DNA of 64,000 nucleotides from Auanema rhodensis (lineage: Eukaryota; Animalia; Nematoda). Both the position numbers and the translations under genes were made by a program. The notes beneath the pieces are model-generated. The model made no database searches, was not told where the DNA came from, and saw only the letters and a program-made list of their open reading frames with translations. Shown one piece after another: positions 27,301-43,100 of the stretch; the stretch's first letter is position 1, and each line of letters starts with the position of its first letter. Where the stretch lies: contig OZ059900.1 in the NCBI GenBank assembly GCA_964057225.1, positions 620,001 to 684,000 of the forward strand. The letters are read 5' to 3'.

Positions 27301-30000
27301 AATAGAAAGAATTTTTGAATTTTCCGAGTTTTGAGTCCAATTGGGCTAAATCGCTCATATATATGATCAAAAACATAGTTTTATTGTCTATAACAACAAA
27401 AGTCATCAATTAAACGCTAGTGATGTTTAAATACTGATTTTCGCTCAAATAGCATTACTACACTAAGTATGGTCGTTTTTATGCCTTTAACACCATATAC
27501 TCACCGATTTTTGGTACAAAATCTGTAATACTTGTAAATTTTGATCATATTTGTTAAGATTCGAGAATCAAACACACAATACACGAAATAAGTTTATTTT
27601 TACGAGTTTGCACTGATATTTATTCATTTTGATCAAAAAAGGTCGAAAATAGAAAGAATTTTTGAAATTTCCGAGTTTTGAGTCTAATTTGGCTAAATCG
27701 CTCATATATATGATCAAAAGCATAGTTTTATTGTCTATGATAACAAAAGTCTTCAAATATACACTAATAATGTTTAAATCACTGAATTTCACTCAAATAG
27801 CATCACTACACTAAGTATGGTCGTTTTTATGCCTCCAACACCATATACTCACCGATTTTTGGTACAAAATCTGTAATACTTGTAAATTTTGATCATATTT
27901 GTTAAGATTCGAGAATCAAACACATAATACACGAAATAGGTCTATTTTTATGAGTTTGCACTGATATTTATTCATTTTGATCAAAAAAGGTCGAAAATAG
28001 AAAGAATTTTTGAAATTTCCGAGTTTTGAGTCCAATTGGGCTAAATCGCTCATATATATGATCAAAAACATAGTTTTGTTGTCTATAACAACGAAAGTCA
28101 TCAATTAAACGCTAGTGATGTTTAAATACTGATTTTCGCTCAAGTAGCATTACTACACTAAGTATGGTCGTTTTTATGCCTTTAACACCATATACTCACC
28201 GATTTTTGGTACAAAATCTGTAATACTTGTAAATTTTGATCACATTTGTTAAGATTCGAGAATCAAACACATAATACACGAAATAAGTCTATTTTTATGA
28301 GTTTGCACTGATATTTATTCATTTTGATCAAAAAAGGTCGAAAATAGAAAGAATTTTTGAAATTTCCGAGTTTTGAGTCCAATTTGGCTAAATCGCTCAT
28401 ATATATGATCAAAAGCATAGTTTTATTGTCTATAACAACAAAAGTCATCAATTGAACGCTAGTGATGTTTAAATACTGAATTTCGCTCAAATAGCATTAC
28501 TACACTAAGTATGGTCGTTTTTATGCCTTTAACACCATATACTCACCGATTTTTGGTACAAAATCTGTAATACTTGTAAATTTTGATCATATTTGTTAAG
28601 ATTTGAGAATCAAACACATAATACACAAAATCAGTCTATTTTTATGAGCTTGCACTGATATATATTCATTTTGATCAAAAAAGGTCGAAAATAGAAAGAA
28701 TTTTTGAATTTTCCGAGTTTTGAGTCGAATTGGGCTAAATCGCTCATATATATGATCAAAAGCATAGTTTTACTGTCTATGATAACAAAAGTCTTCAAAT
28801 ATACACTAATAATGATTAAATCACTGAATTTCACTCAAATAGCATTACTACACTAAGTATGGTCGTTTTTATGCCTTTAACACCATATACTCACCGATTT
28901 TTGGTACAAAATCTGTAATACTTGTAAATTTTGATCATATTTGTTAAGATTTGAGAATCAAACACATAATACACAAAATCAGTCTATTTTTATGAGCTTG
29001 CACTGATATATATTCATTTTGATCAAAAAAGGTCGAAAATAGAAAGAATTTTTGAATTTTCCGAGTTTTGAGTCGAATTGGGCTAAATCGCTCATATATA
29101 TGATCAAAAGCATAGTTTTACTGTCTATGATAACAAAAGTCTTCAAATATACACTAATAATGATTAAATCACTGAATTTCACTCAAATAGCATTACTACA
29201 CTAAGTATGGTCGTTTTTATGCCTTTAACACCATATACTCACCGATTTTTGGTACAAAATCTGTAATACTTGTAAATTTTGATCATATTCGTTAAGATTT
29301 GAGAATCAAACATACAATACACAAAATCAGTCTATTTTTATTAGCATGCACTGATATATATTCATTTTGATCAAAAAAGGTCGAAAATAGAAAGAATTTT
29401 TGAAATTTCCGAGTTTTGAGTCTAATTTGGCTAAATCGCTCATATATATGATCAGAAGCATAGTTTTATTGTCTATGACAACAAAAGTCATCAATTAAAC
29501 GCTAGTGATATTTAAATACTGATTTTCGCTCAAATAGCATTACTACACTAAGTATGGTCGTTTTTATGCCTTTAACACCATATACTCACCGATTTTTGGT
29601 ACAAAATCTGTAATACTCGTAAATTTTGATCATTTTCGTTAAGATTCGAAAATCAAACACACAATAAACAAAATCAGTCTATTTTTATGAGTTTGCACTG
29701 ATATATATTCATTTTGATCAAAAAAGGTCGAAAATAGAAGGAATTTTTGAATTTTCCGAGTTTTGAGTCCAATTGGGCTAAATCGCTCATATATATGATC
29801 AAAAACATAGTTTTATTGTCTATAACAACAAAAGTCATCAATTAAACGCTAGTGATGTTTAAATACTGATTTTCGCTCAAATAGCATTACTACACTAAGT
29901 ATGGTCGTTTTTATGCCTTTAACACCATATACTCACCGATTTTTGGTACAAAATCTGTGATACTCGTAAATTTTGATCATATTCGGTGAGATTCGAGAAT
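12167..30000. repeat. Irregular HOR zone with 695-, 1390-, 1736/1738- and 3126-bp local periods
   Basis: ORF offsets: 12341/13731 (1390), 13731/15469 and 15060/16798 (1738), 17167/17862/18557 (695), 22706/25832 and 23054/26180 (3126), 25832/27568 (1736). Confidence 0.85.
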
Positions 30001-33000
30001 CAAACACACAATACACAAAATAAGTTTATTTTTACGAGTTTGCACTGATATTTATTCATTTTGATCAAAAAAGGTCGAAAATAGAAAGAATTTTTGAAAT
30101 TTCCGAGTTTTGAGTCTAATTTGGCTAAATCGCTCATATATTTGATCAAAAGCATAGTTTTATTGTCTATGATAACAAAAGTCTTCAAATATACACTAAT
30201 AATGTTTAAATCACTGAATTTCACTCAAATAGCATTACTACACTAAGTATGGTCGTTTTTATGCCTCCAACACCATATACTCACCGATTTTTGGTACAAA
30301 ATCTGTAATACTTGTAAATTTTGATCATATTTGTTAAGATTCGAGAATCAAACACATAATACACGAAATAAGTCTATTTTTATGAGTTTGCACTGATATT
30401 TATTCATTTTGATCGAAAAAGGTCGAAAATAGAAAGAATTTTTGAAATTTCCGAGTTTTGAGTCTAATTTGGCTAAATCGCTCATATATATGATCAAAAG
30501 CATAGTTTTATTGTCTATGATAACAAAAGTCTTCAAATATACACTAATAATGTTTAAATCACTGAATTTCACTCAAATAGCATTACTACACTAAGTATGT
30601 TCGTTTTTATGCCTCCAACACCATATACTCACCGATTTTTGGTACAAAATCTGTAATACTTGTAAATTTTGATCATATTTGTTAAGATTCGAGAATCAAA
30701 CACATAATACACGAAATAAGTCTATTTTTATGAGTTTGCACTGATATTTATTCATTTTGATCAAAAAAGGTCGAAAATAGAAAGAATTTTTGAAATTTCC
30801 GAGTTTTGAGTCCAATTGGGCTAAATCGCTCATATATATGATCAAAAGCATAGTTTTATTGTCTATGATAACAAAAGTCTTCAAATATACACTAATAATG
30901 TTTAAATCACTGAATTTCACTCAAATAGCATTACTACACTAAGTATGGTCGTTTTTATGCCTTTAACACCATATACTCACCGATTTTTGGTACAAAATCT
31001 GTAATACTTGTAAATTTTGATCATATTCGTTAAGATTCGAGAATCAAACACATAATACACGAAATAAGTCTATTTTTATGAGTTTGCACTGATATTTATT
31101 TATTTTGATCAAAAAAGGTCGAAAATAGAAAGAATTTTTGAATTTTCCGAGTTTTGAGTCCAATTGGGCTAAATCGCTCATATATATGATCAAAAGCATA
31201 GTTTTACTGTCTATAACAACGAAAGTCATCAATTAAACGCTAGTGATATTTAAATACTGATTTTCGCTCAAGTAGCATTACTACACTAAGTATGGTCGTT
31301 TTTATGCCTTTAACACCATATACTCACCGATTTTTGGTACAAAATCTGTAATACTTGTAAATTTTGATCATATTCGTTAAGATTCGAGAATCAAACACAT
31401 AATACACGAAATAAGTCTATTTTTATGAGTTTGCACTGATATTTATTTATTTTGATCAAAAAAGGTCGAAAATAGAAAGAATTTTTGAATTTTCCGAGTT
31501 TTGAGTCCAATTGGGCTAAATCGCTCATATATATGATCAAAAGCATAGTTTTACTGTCTATAACAACGAAAGTCATCAATTAAACGCTAGTGATATTTAA
31601 ATACTGATTTTCGCTCAAGTAGCATTACTACACTAAGTATGGTCGTTTTTATGCCTTTAACACCATATACTCACCGATTTTTGGTACAAAATCTGTAATA
31701 CTTGTAAATTTTGATCACATTTGTTAAGATTCGAGAATCAAACACATAATACACAAAATAAGTCTATTTTTACAAGTTTGCACTGATATTTATTCATTTT
31801 GATCAAAAAAGGTCGAAAATAGAAAGAATTTTTGAAATTTCCGAGTTTTGAGTCCAATTTGGCTAAATCGCTCATATATATGATCAAAAGCATAGTTTTA
31901 TTGTCTATAACAACAAAAGTCATCAATTGAACGCTAGTGATGTTTAAATACTGAATTTCGCTCAAATAGCATTACTACACTAAGTATGGTCGTTTTTATG
32001 CCTTTAACACCATATACTCACCGATTTTTGGTACAAAATCTGTGATACTCGTAAATTTTGATCATATTCGGTGAGATTCGAGAATCAAACACACAATACA
32101 CGAAATAAGTTTATTTTTACGAGTTTGCACTGATATTTATTCATTTTGATCAAAAAAGGTCGAAAATAGAAAGAATTTTTGAAATTTCCGAGTTTTGAGT
32201 CCAATTGGGCTAAATCGCTCATATATATGATCAAAAACATAGTTTTATTGTCTATAACAACAAAAGTCATCAATTAAACGCTAGTGATGTTTAAATACTG
32301 ATTTTCGCTCAAATAGCATTACTACACTAAGTATGGTCGTTTTTATGCCTTTAACACCATATACTCACCGATTTTTGGTACAAAATCTGTGATACTCGTA
32401 AATTTTGATCATATTCGGTGAGATTCGAGAATCAAACACACAATACACGAAATAAGTTTATTTTTACGAGTTTGCACTGATATTTATTCATTTTGATCAA
32501 AAAAGGTCGAAAATAGAAAGAATTTTTGAAATTTCCGAGTTTTGAGTCTAATTTGGCTAAATCGCTCATATATATGATCAAAAACATAGTTTTATTGTCT
32601 ATAACAACAAAAGTCATCAATTAAACGCTAGTGATGTTTAAATACTGATTTTCGCTCAAATAGCATTACTACACTAAGTATGGTCGTTTTTATGCCTTTA
32701 ACACCATATACTCACCGATTTTTGGTACAAAATCTGTGATACTCGTAAATTTTGATCATATTCGGTGAGATTCGAGAATCAAACACACAATACACGAAAT
32801 AAGTTTATTTTTATGAGTTTGCACTGATATATATTCATTTTGATCAAAAAAGGTCGAAAATAGAAAGAATTTTTGAATTTTCCGAGTTTTGAGTCCAATT
32901 GGGCTAAATCGCTCATATATATGATCAAAAACATAGTTTTATTGTCTATAACAACAAAAGTCATCAATTAAACGCTAGTGATGTTTAAATACTGATTTTC

Positions 33001-36000
33001 GCTCAAATAGCATTACTACACTAAGTATGGTCGTTTTTATGCCTTTAACACCATATACTCACCGATTTTTGGTACAAAATCTGTGATACTCGTAAATTTT
33101 GATCATATTCGGTGAGATTCGAGAATCAAACACACAATACACGAAATAAGTTTATTTTTACGAGTTTGCACTGATATTTATTCATTTTGATCAAAAAAGG
33201 TCGAAAATAGAAAGAATTTTTGAAATTTCCGAGTTTTGAGTCTAATTTGGCTAAATCGCTCATATATATGATCAAAAGCATAGTTTTATTGTCTATGATA
33301 ACAAAAGTCTTCAAATATACACTAATAATGTTTAAATCACTGAATTTCACTCAAATAGCATTACTACACTAAGTATGGTCGTTTTTATGCCTCCAACACC
33401 ATATACTCACCGATTTTTGGTACAAAATCTGTAATACTTGTAAATTTTGATCATATTTGTTAAGATTCGAGAATCAAACACATAATACACGAAATAAGTC
33501 TATTTTTATGAGTTTGCACTGATATTTATTCATTTTGATCAAAAAAGGTCGAAAATAGAAAGAATTTTTGAAATTTCCGAGTTTTGAGTCCAATTGGGCT
33601 AAATCGCTCATATATATGATCAAAAACATAGTTTTGTTGTCTATAACAACGAAAGTCATCAATTAAACGCTAGTGATGTTTAAATACTGATTTTCGCTCA
33701 AATAGCATTACTACACTAAGTATGGTCGTTTTTATGCCTTTAACACCATATACTCACCGATTTTTGGTACAAAATCTGTAATACTTGTGAATTTTGATCA
33801 TATTCGTTAAGATTCGAGAATCAAACACATAATACACGAAATAAGTCTATTTTTATGAGTTTGCACTGATATTTATTTATTTTGATCAAAAAAGGTCGAA
33901 AATAGAAAGAATTTTTGAATTTTCCGAGTTTTGAGTCCAATTGGGCTAAATCGCTCATATATATGATCAAAAGCATAGTTTTACTGTCTATAACAACGAA
34001 AGTCATCAATTAAACGCTAGTGATATTTATATACTGATTTTCGCTCAAGTAGCATTACTACACTAAGTATGGTCGTTTTTATGCCTTTAACACCATATAC
34101 TCACCGATTTTTGGTACAAAATCTGTAATACTTGTAAATTTTGATCACATTTGTTAAGATTCGAGAATCAAACACATAATACACAAAATAAGTCTATTTT
34201 TACAAGTTTGCACTGATATTTATTCATTTTGATCAAAAAAGGTCGAAAATAGAAAGAATTTTTGAAATTTCCGAGTTTTGAGTCCAATTTGGCTAAATCG
34301 CTCATATATATGATCAAAAGCATAGTTTTATTGTCTATAACAACAAAAGTCATCAATTGAACGCTAGTGATGTTTAAATACTGAATTTCGCTCAAATAGC
34401 ATTACTACACTAAGTATGGTCGTTTTTATGCCTTTAACACCATATACTCACCGATTTTTGGTACAAAATCTGTAATACTTGTAAATTTTGATCATATTCG
34501 TTAAGATTTGAGAATCAAACATACAATACACAAAATCAGTCTATTTTTATTAGCATGCACTGATATATATTCATTTTGATCAAAAAAGGTCGAAAATAGA
34601 AAGAATTTTTGAAATTTCCGAGTTTTGAGTCTAATTTGGCTAAATCGCTCATATATATGATCAGAAGCATAGTTTTATTGTCTATGACAACAAAAGTCAT
34701 CAATTAAACGCTAGTGATGTTTAAATACTGATTTTCGCTCAAATAGCATTACTACACTAAGTATGGTCGTTTTTATGCCTTTAACACCATATACTCACCG
34801 ATTTTTGGTACAAAATCTGTAATACTCGTAAATTTTGATCATTTTCGTTAAGATTCGAAAATCAAACACACAATAAACAAAATCAGTCTATTTTTATGAG
34901 TTTGCACTGATATATATTCATTTTGATCAAAAAAGGTCGAAAATAGAAAGAATTTTTGAATTTTCCGAGTTTTGAGTCCAATTGGGCTAAATCGCTCATA
35001 TATATGATCAAAAACATAGTTTTATTGTCTATAACAACAAAAGTCATCAATTAAACGCTAGTGATGTTTAAATACTGATTTTCGCTCAAATAGCATTACT
35101 ACACTAAGTATGGTCGTTTTTATGCCTTTAACACCATATACTCACCGATTTTTGGTACAAAATCTGTGATACTCGTAAATTTTGATCATATTCGGTGAGA
35201 TTAGAGAATCAAACACACAATACACGAAATAAGTTTATTTTTACGAGTTTGCACTGATATTTATTCATTTTGATCGAAAAAGGTCGAAAATAGAAAGAAT
35301 TTTTGAAATTTCCGAGTTTTGAGTCTAATTTGGCTAAATCGCTCATATATATGATCAAAAGCATAGTTTTATTGTCTATGATAACAAAAGTCTTCAAATA
35401 TACACTAATAATGTTTAAATCACTGAATTTCACTCAAATAGCATTACTACACTAAGTATGTTCGTTTTTATGCCTCCAACACCATATACTCACCGATTTT
35501 TGGTACAAAATCTGTAATACTTGTAAATTTTGATCATATTTGTTAAGATTCGAGAATCAAACACATAATACACGCAATAAGTCTATTTTTATGAGTTTGC
35601 ACTGATATTTATTCATTTTGATCAAAAAAGGTCGAAAATAGAAAGAATTTTTGAAATTTCCGAGTTTTGAGTCCAATTGGGCTAAATCGCTCATATATAT
35701 GATCAAAAGCATAGTTTTATTGTCTATGATAACAAAAGTCTTCAAATATACACTAATAATGTTTAAATCACTGAATTTCACTCAAATAGCATTACTACAC
35801 TAAGTATGGTCGTTTTTATGCCTTTAACACCATATACTCACCGATTTTTGGTACAAAATCTGTAATACTTGTAAATTTTGATCATATTCGTTAAGATTCG
35901 AGAATCAAACACATAATACACGAAATAAGTCTATTTTTATGAGTTTGCACTGATATTTATTTATTTTGATCAAAAAAGGTCGAAAATAGAAAGAATTTTT

Positions 36001-37180
36001 GAATTTTCCGAGTTTTGAGTCCAATTGGGCTAAATCGCTCATATATATGATCAAAAGCATAGTTTTACTGTCTATAACAACGAAAGTCATCAATTAAACG
36101 CTAGTGATATTTAAATACTGATTTTCGCTCAAGTAGCATTACTACACTAAGTATGGTCGTTTTTATGCCTTTAACACCATATACTCACCGATTTTTGGTA
36201 CAAAATCTGTAATACTTGTAAATTTTGATCATATTCGTTAAGATTCGAGAATCAAACACATAATACACGAAATAAGTCTATTTTTATGAGTTTGCACTGA
36301 TATTTATTTATTTTGATCAAAAAAGGTCGAAAATAGAAAGAATTTTTGAATTTTCCGAGTTTTGAGTCCAATTGGGCTAAATCGCTCATATATATGATCA
36401 AAAGCATAGTTTTACTGTCTATAACAACGAAAGTCATCAATTAAACGCTAGTGATATTTAAATACTGATTTTCGCTCAAGTAGCATTACTACACTAAGTA
36501 TGGTCGTTTTTATGCCTTTAACACCATATACTCACCGATTTTTGGTACAAAATCTGTAATACTTGTAAATTTTGATCACATTTGTTAAGATTCGAGAATC
36601 AAACACATAATACACAAAATAAGTCTATTTTTACAAGTTTGCACTGATATTTATTCATTTTGATCAAAAAAGGTCGAAAATAGAAAGAATTTTTGAAATT
36701 TCCGAGTTTTGAGTCCAATTTGGCTAAATCGCTCATATATATGATCAAAAGCATAGTTTTATTGTCTATAACAACAAAAGTCATCAATTGAACGCTAGTG
36801 ATGTTTAAATACTGAATTTCGCTCAAATAGCATTACTACACTAAGTATGGTCGTTTTTATGCCTTTAACACCATATACTCACCGATTTTTGGTACAAAAT
36901 CTGTAATACTTGTAAATTTTGATCATATTCGTTAAGATTTGAGAATCAAACACATAATACACAAAATCAGTCTATTTTTATGAGCTTGCACTGATATATA
37001 TTCATTTTGATCAAAAAAGGTCGAAAATAGAAAGAATTTTTGAATTTTCCGAGTTTTGAGTCGAATTGGGCTAAATCGCTCATATATATGATCAAAAGCA
37101 TAGTTTTACTGTCTATGATAACAAAAATCTTCAAATATACACTAATAATGATTAAATCACTGAATTTCACTCAAATAGCA

Positions 37181-40100
37181 TTACTACACTAAGTATGGTC
37201 GTTTTTATGCCTTTAACACCATATACTCACCGATTTTTGGTACAAAATCTGTAATACTTGTAAATTTTGATCATATTCGTTAAGATTTGAGAATCAAACA
37301 TACAATACACAAAATCAGTCTATTTTTATTAGCATGCACTGATATATATTCATTTTGATCAAAAAAGGTCGAAAATAGAAAGAATTTTTGAAATTTCCGA
37401 GTTTTGAGTCTAATTTGGCTAAATCGCTCATATATATGATCAGAAGCATAGTTTTATTGTCTATGACAACAAAAGTCATCAATTAAACGCTAGTGATATT
37501 TAAATACTGATTTTCGCTCAAATAGCATTACTACACTAAGTATGGTCGTTTTTATGCCTTTAACACCATATACTCACCGATTTTTGGTACAAAATCTGTA
37601 ATACTCGTAAATTTTGATCATTTTCGTTAAGATTCGAAAATCAAACACACAATAAACAAAATCAGTCTATTTTTATGAGTTTGCACTGATATATATTCAT
37701 TTTGATCAAAAAAGGTCGAAAATAGAAAGAATTTTTGAATTTTCCGAGTTTTGAGTCCAATTGGGCTAAATCGCTCATATATATGATCAAAAACATAGTT
37801 TTATTGTCTATAACAACAAAAGTCATCAATTAAACGCTAGTGATGTTTAAATACTGATTTTCGCTCAAATAGCATTACTACACTAAGTATGGTCGTTTTT
37901 ATGCCTTTAACACCATATACTCACCGATTTTTGGTACAAAATCTGTGATACTCGTAAATTTTGATCATATTCGGTGAGATTCGAGAATCAAACACACAAT
38001 ACACGAAATAAGTTTATTTTTACGAGTTTGCACTGATATTTATTCATTTTGATCAAAAAAGGTCGAAAATAGAAAGAATTTTTGAAATTTCCGAGTTTTG
38101 AGTCTAATTTGGCTAAATCGCTCATATATATGATCAAAAGCATAGTTTTATTGTCTATGATAACAAAAGTCTTCAAATATACACTAATAATGTTTAAATC
38201 ACTGAATTTCACTCAAATAGCATTACTACACTAAGTATGGTCGTTTTTATGCCTCCAACACCATATACTCACCGATTTTTGGTACAAAATCTGTAATACT
38301 TGTAAATTTTGATCATATTTGTTAAGATTCGAGAATCAAACACATAATACACGAAATAAGTCTATTTTTATGAGTTTGCACTGATATTTATTCATTTTGA
38401 TCAAAAAAGGTCGAAAATAGAAAGAATTTTTGAAATTTCCGAGTTTTGAGTCCAATTGGGCTAAATCGCTCATATATATGATCAAAAACATAGTTTTGTT
38501 GTCTATAACAACGAAAGTCATCAATTAAACGCTAGTGATGTTTAAATACTGATTTTCGCTCAAATAGCATTACTACACTAAGTATGGTCGTTTTTATGCC
38601 TTTAACACCATATACTCACCGATTTTTGGTACAAAATCTGTAATACTTGTGAATTTTGATCATATTCGTTAAGATTCGAGAATCAAACACATAATACACG
38701 AAATAAGTCTATTTTTATGAGTTTGCACTGATATTTATTTATTTTGATCAAAAAAGGTCGAAAATAGAAAGAATTTTTGAATTTTCCGAGTTTTGAGTCC
38801 AATTGGGCTAAATCGCTCATATATATGATCAAAAGCATAGTTTTACTGTCTATAACAACGAAAGTCATCAATTAAACGCTAGTGATATTTAAATACTGAT
38901 TTTCGCTCAAGTAGCATTACTACACTAAGTATGGTCGTTTTTATGCCTTTAACACCATATACTCACCGATTTTTGGTACAAAATCTGTAATACTTGTAAA
39001 TTTTGATCACATTTGTTAAGATTCGAGAATCAAACACATAATACACAAAATAAGTCTATTTTTACAAGTTTGCACTGATATTTATTCATTTTGATCAAAA
39101 AAGGTCGAAAATAGAAAGAATTTTTGAAATTTCCGAGTTTTGAGTCCAATTTGGCTAAATCGCTCATATATATGATCAAAAGCATAGTTTTATTGTCTAT
39201 AACAACAAAAGTCATCAATTGAACGCTAGTGATGTTTAAATACTGAATTTCGCTCAAATAGCATTACTACACTAAGTATGGTCGTTTTTATGCCTTTAAC
39301 ACCATATACTCACCGATTTTTGGTACAAAATCTGTAATACTTGTAAATTTTGATCATATTCGTTAAGATTTGAGAATCAAACATACAATACACAAAATCA
39401 GTCTATTTTTATTAGCATGCACTGATATATATTCATTTTGATCAAAAAAGGTCGAAAATAGAAAGAATTTTTGAAATTTCCGAGTTTTGAGTCTAATTTG
39501 GCTAAATCGCTCATATATATGATCAGAAGCATAGTTTTATTGTCTATGACAACAAAAGTCATCAATTAAACGCTAGTGATGTTTAAATACTGATTTTCGC
39601 TCAAATAGCATTACTACACTAAGTATGGTCGTTTTTATGCCTTTAACACCATATACTCACCGATTTTTGGTACAAAATCTGTAATACTCGTAAATTTTGA
39701 TCATTTTCGTTAAGATTCGAAAATCAAACACACAATAAACAAAATCAGTCTATTTTTATGAGTTTGCACTGATATATATTCATTTTGATCAAAAAAGGTC
39801 GAAAATAGAAAGAATTTTTGAATTTTCCGAGTTTTGAGTCCAATTGGGCTAAATCGCTCATATATATGATCAAAAACATAGTTTTATTGTCTATAACAAC
39901 AAAAGTCATCAATTAAACGCTAGTGATGTTTAAATACTGATTTTCGCTCAAATAGCATTACTACACTAAGTATGGTCGTTTTTATGCCTTTAACACCATA
40001 TACTCACCGATTTTTGGTACAAAATCTGTGATACTCGTAAATTTTGATCATATTCGGTGAGATCCGAGAATCAAACACACAATACACGAAATAAGTTTAT

Positions 40101-43100
40101 TTTTACGAGTTTGCACTGATATTTATTCATTTTGATCAAAAAAGGTCGAAAATAGAAAGAATTTTTGAAATTTCCGAGTTTTGAGTCTAATTTGGCTAAA
40201 TCGCTCATATATATGATCAAAAGCATAGTTTTATTGTCTATGATAACAAAAGTCTTCAAATATACACTAATAATGTTTAAATCACTGAATTTCACTCAAA
40301 TAGCATTACTACACTAAGTATGGTCGTTTTTATGCCTCCAACACCATATACTCACCGATTTTTGGTACAAAATCTGTAATACTTGTAAATTTTGATCATA
40401 TTTGTTAAGATTCGAGAATCAAACACATAATACACGAAATAAGTCTATTTTTATGAGTTTGCACTGATATTTATTCATTTTGATCAAAAAAGGTCGAAAA
40501 TAGAAAGAATTTTTGAAATTTCCGAGTTTTGAGTCCAATTGGGCTAAATCGCTCATATATATGATCAAAAACATAGTTTTGTTGTCTATAACAACGAAAG
40601 TTATCAATTAAACGCTAGTGATGTTTAAATACTGATTTTCGCTCAAATAGCATTACTACACTAAGTATGGTCGTTTTTATGCCTTTAACACCATATACTC
40701 ACCGATTTTTGGTACAAAATCTGTAATACTTGTAAATTTTGATCATATTCGTTAAGATTCGAGAATCAAACACATAATACACGAAATAAGTCTATTTTTA
40801 TGAGTTTGCACTGATATTTATTTATTTTGATCAAAAAAGGTCGAAAATAGAAAGAATTTTTGAATTTTCCGAGTTTTGAGTCCAATTGGGCTAAATCGCT
40901 CATATATATGATCAAAAGCATAGTTTTACTGTCTATAACAACAAAAGTCATCAATTAAACGCTAGTGATATTTAAATACTGATTTTCGCTCAAGTAGCAT
41001 TACTACACTAAGTATGGTCGTTTTTATGCCTTTAACACCATATACTCACCGATTTTTGGTACAAAATCTGTAATACTTGTAAATTTTGATCATATTTGTT
41101 AAGATTCGAGAATCAAACACATAATACACAAAATAAGTCTATTTTTACAAGTTTGCACTGATATTTATTCATTTTGATCAAAAAAGGTCGAAAATAGAAA
41201 GAATTTTTGAAATTTCCGAGTTTTGAGTCCAATTTGGCTAAATCGCTCATATATATGATCAAAAGCATAGTTTTATTGTCTATAACAACAAAAGTCATCA
41301 ATTGAACGCTAGTGATGTTTAAATACTGAATTTCGCTCAAATAGCATTACTACACTAAGTATGGTCGTTTTTATGCCTTTAACACCATATACTCACCGAT
41401 TTTTGGTACAAAATCTGTAATACTTGTAAATTTTGATCATATTCGTTAAGATTTGAGAATCAAACATACAATACACAAAATCAGTCTATTTTTATTAGCA
41501 TGCACTGATATATATTCATTTTGATCAAAAAAGGTCGAAAATAGAAAGAATTTTTGAAATTTCCGAGTTTTGAGTCTAATTTGGCTAAATCGCTCATATA
41601 TATGATCAGAAGCATAGTTTTATTGTCTATGACAACAAAAGTCATCAATTAAACGCTAGTGATGTTTAAATACTGATTTTCGCTCAAATAGCATTACTAC
41701 ACTAAGTATGGTCGTTTTTATGCCTTTAACACCATATACTCACCGATTTTTGGTACAAAATCTGTAATACTCGTAAATTTTGATCATTTTCGTTAAGATT
41801 CGAAAATCAAACACACAATAAACAAAATCAGTCTATTTTTATGAGTTTGCACTGATATATATTCATTTTGATCAAAAAAGGTCGAAAATAGAAAGAATTT
41901 TTGAATTTTCCGAGTTTTGAGTCCAATTGGGCTAAATCGCTCATATATATGATCAAAAACATAGTTTTATTGTCTATAACAACAAAAGTCATCAATTAAA
42001 CGCTAGTGATGTTTAAATACTGATTTTCGCTCAAATAGCATTACTACACTAAGTATGGTCGTTTTTATGCCTTTAACACCATATACTCACCGATTTTTGG
42101 TACAAAATCTGTGATACTCGTAAATTTTGATCATATTCGGTGAGATTCGAGAATCAAACACACAATACACGGAATAAGTTTATTTTTACGAGTTTGCACT
42201 GATATTTATTCATTTTGATCAAAAAAGGTCGAAAATAGAAAGAATTTTTGAAATTTCCGAGTTTTGAGTCTAATTTGGCTAAATCGCTCATATATATGAT
42301 CAAAAGCATAGTTTTATTGTCTATGATAACAAAAGTCTTCAAATATACACTAATAATGTTTAAATCACTGAATTTCACTCAAATAGCATTACTACACTAA
42401 GTATGGTCGTTTTTATGCCTCCAACACCATATACTCACCGATTTTTGGTACAAAATCTGTAATACTTGTAAATTTTGATCATATTTGTTAAGATTCGAGA
42501 ATCAAACACATAATACACGAAATAAGTCTATTTTTATGAGTTTGCACTGATATTTATTCATTTTGATCAAAAAAGGTCGAAAATAGAAAGAATTTTTGAA
42601 ATTTCCGAGTTTTGAGTCCAATTGGGCTAAATCGCTCATATATATGATCAAAAACATAGTTTTGTTGTCTATAACAACGAAAGTCATCAATTAAACGCTA
42701 GTGATGTTTAAATACTGATTTTCGCTCAAATAGAATTACTACACTAAGTATGGTCGTTTTTATGCCTTTAACACCATATACTCACCGATTTTTGGTACAA
42801 AATCTGTAATACTTGTAAATTTTGATCATATTCGTTAAGATTCGAGAATCAAACACATAATACACGAAATAAGTCTATTTTTATGAGTTTGCACTGATAT
42901 TTATTCATTTTGATCAAAAAAGGTCGAAAATAGAAAGAATTTTTGAAATTTCCGAGTTTTGAGTCCAATTGGGCTAAATCGCTCATATATATGATCAAAA
43001 ACATAGTTTTGTTGTCTATAACAACGAAAGTCATCAATTAAACGCTAGTGATGTTTAAATACTGATTTTCGCTCAAATAGCATTACTACACTAAGTATGG

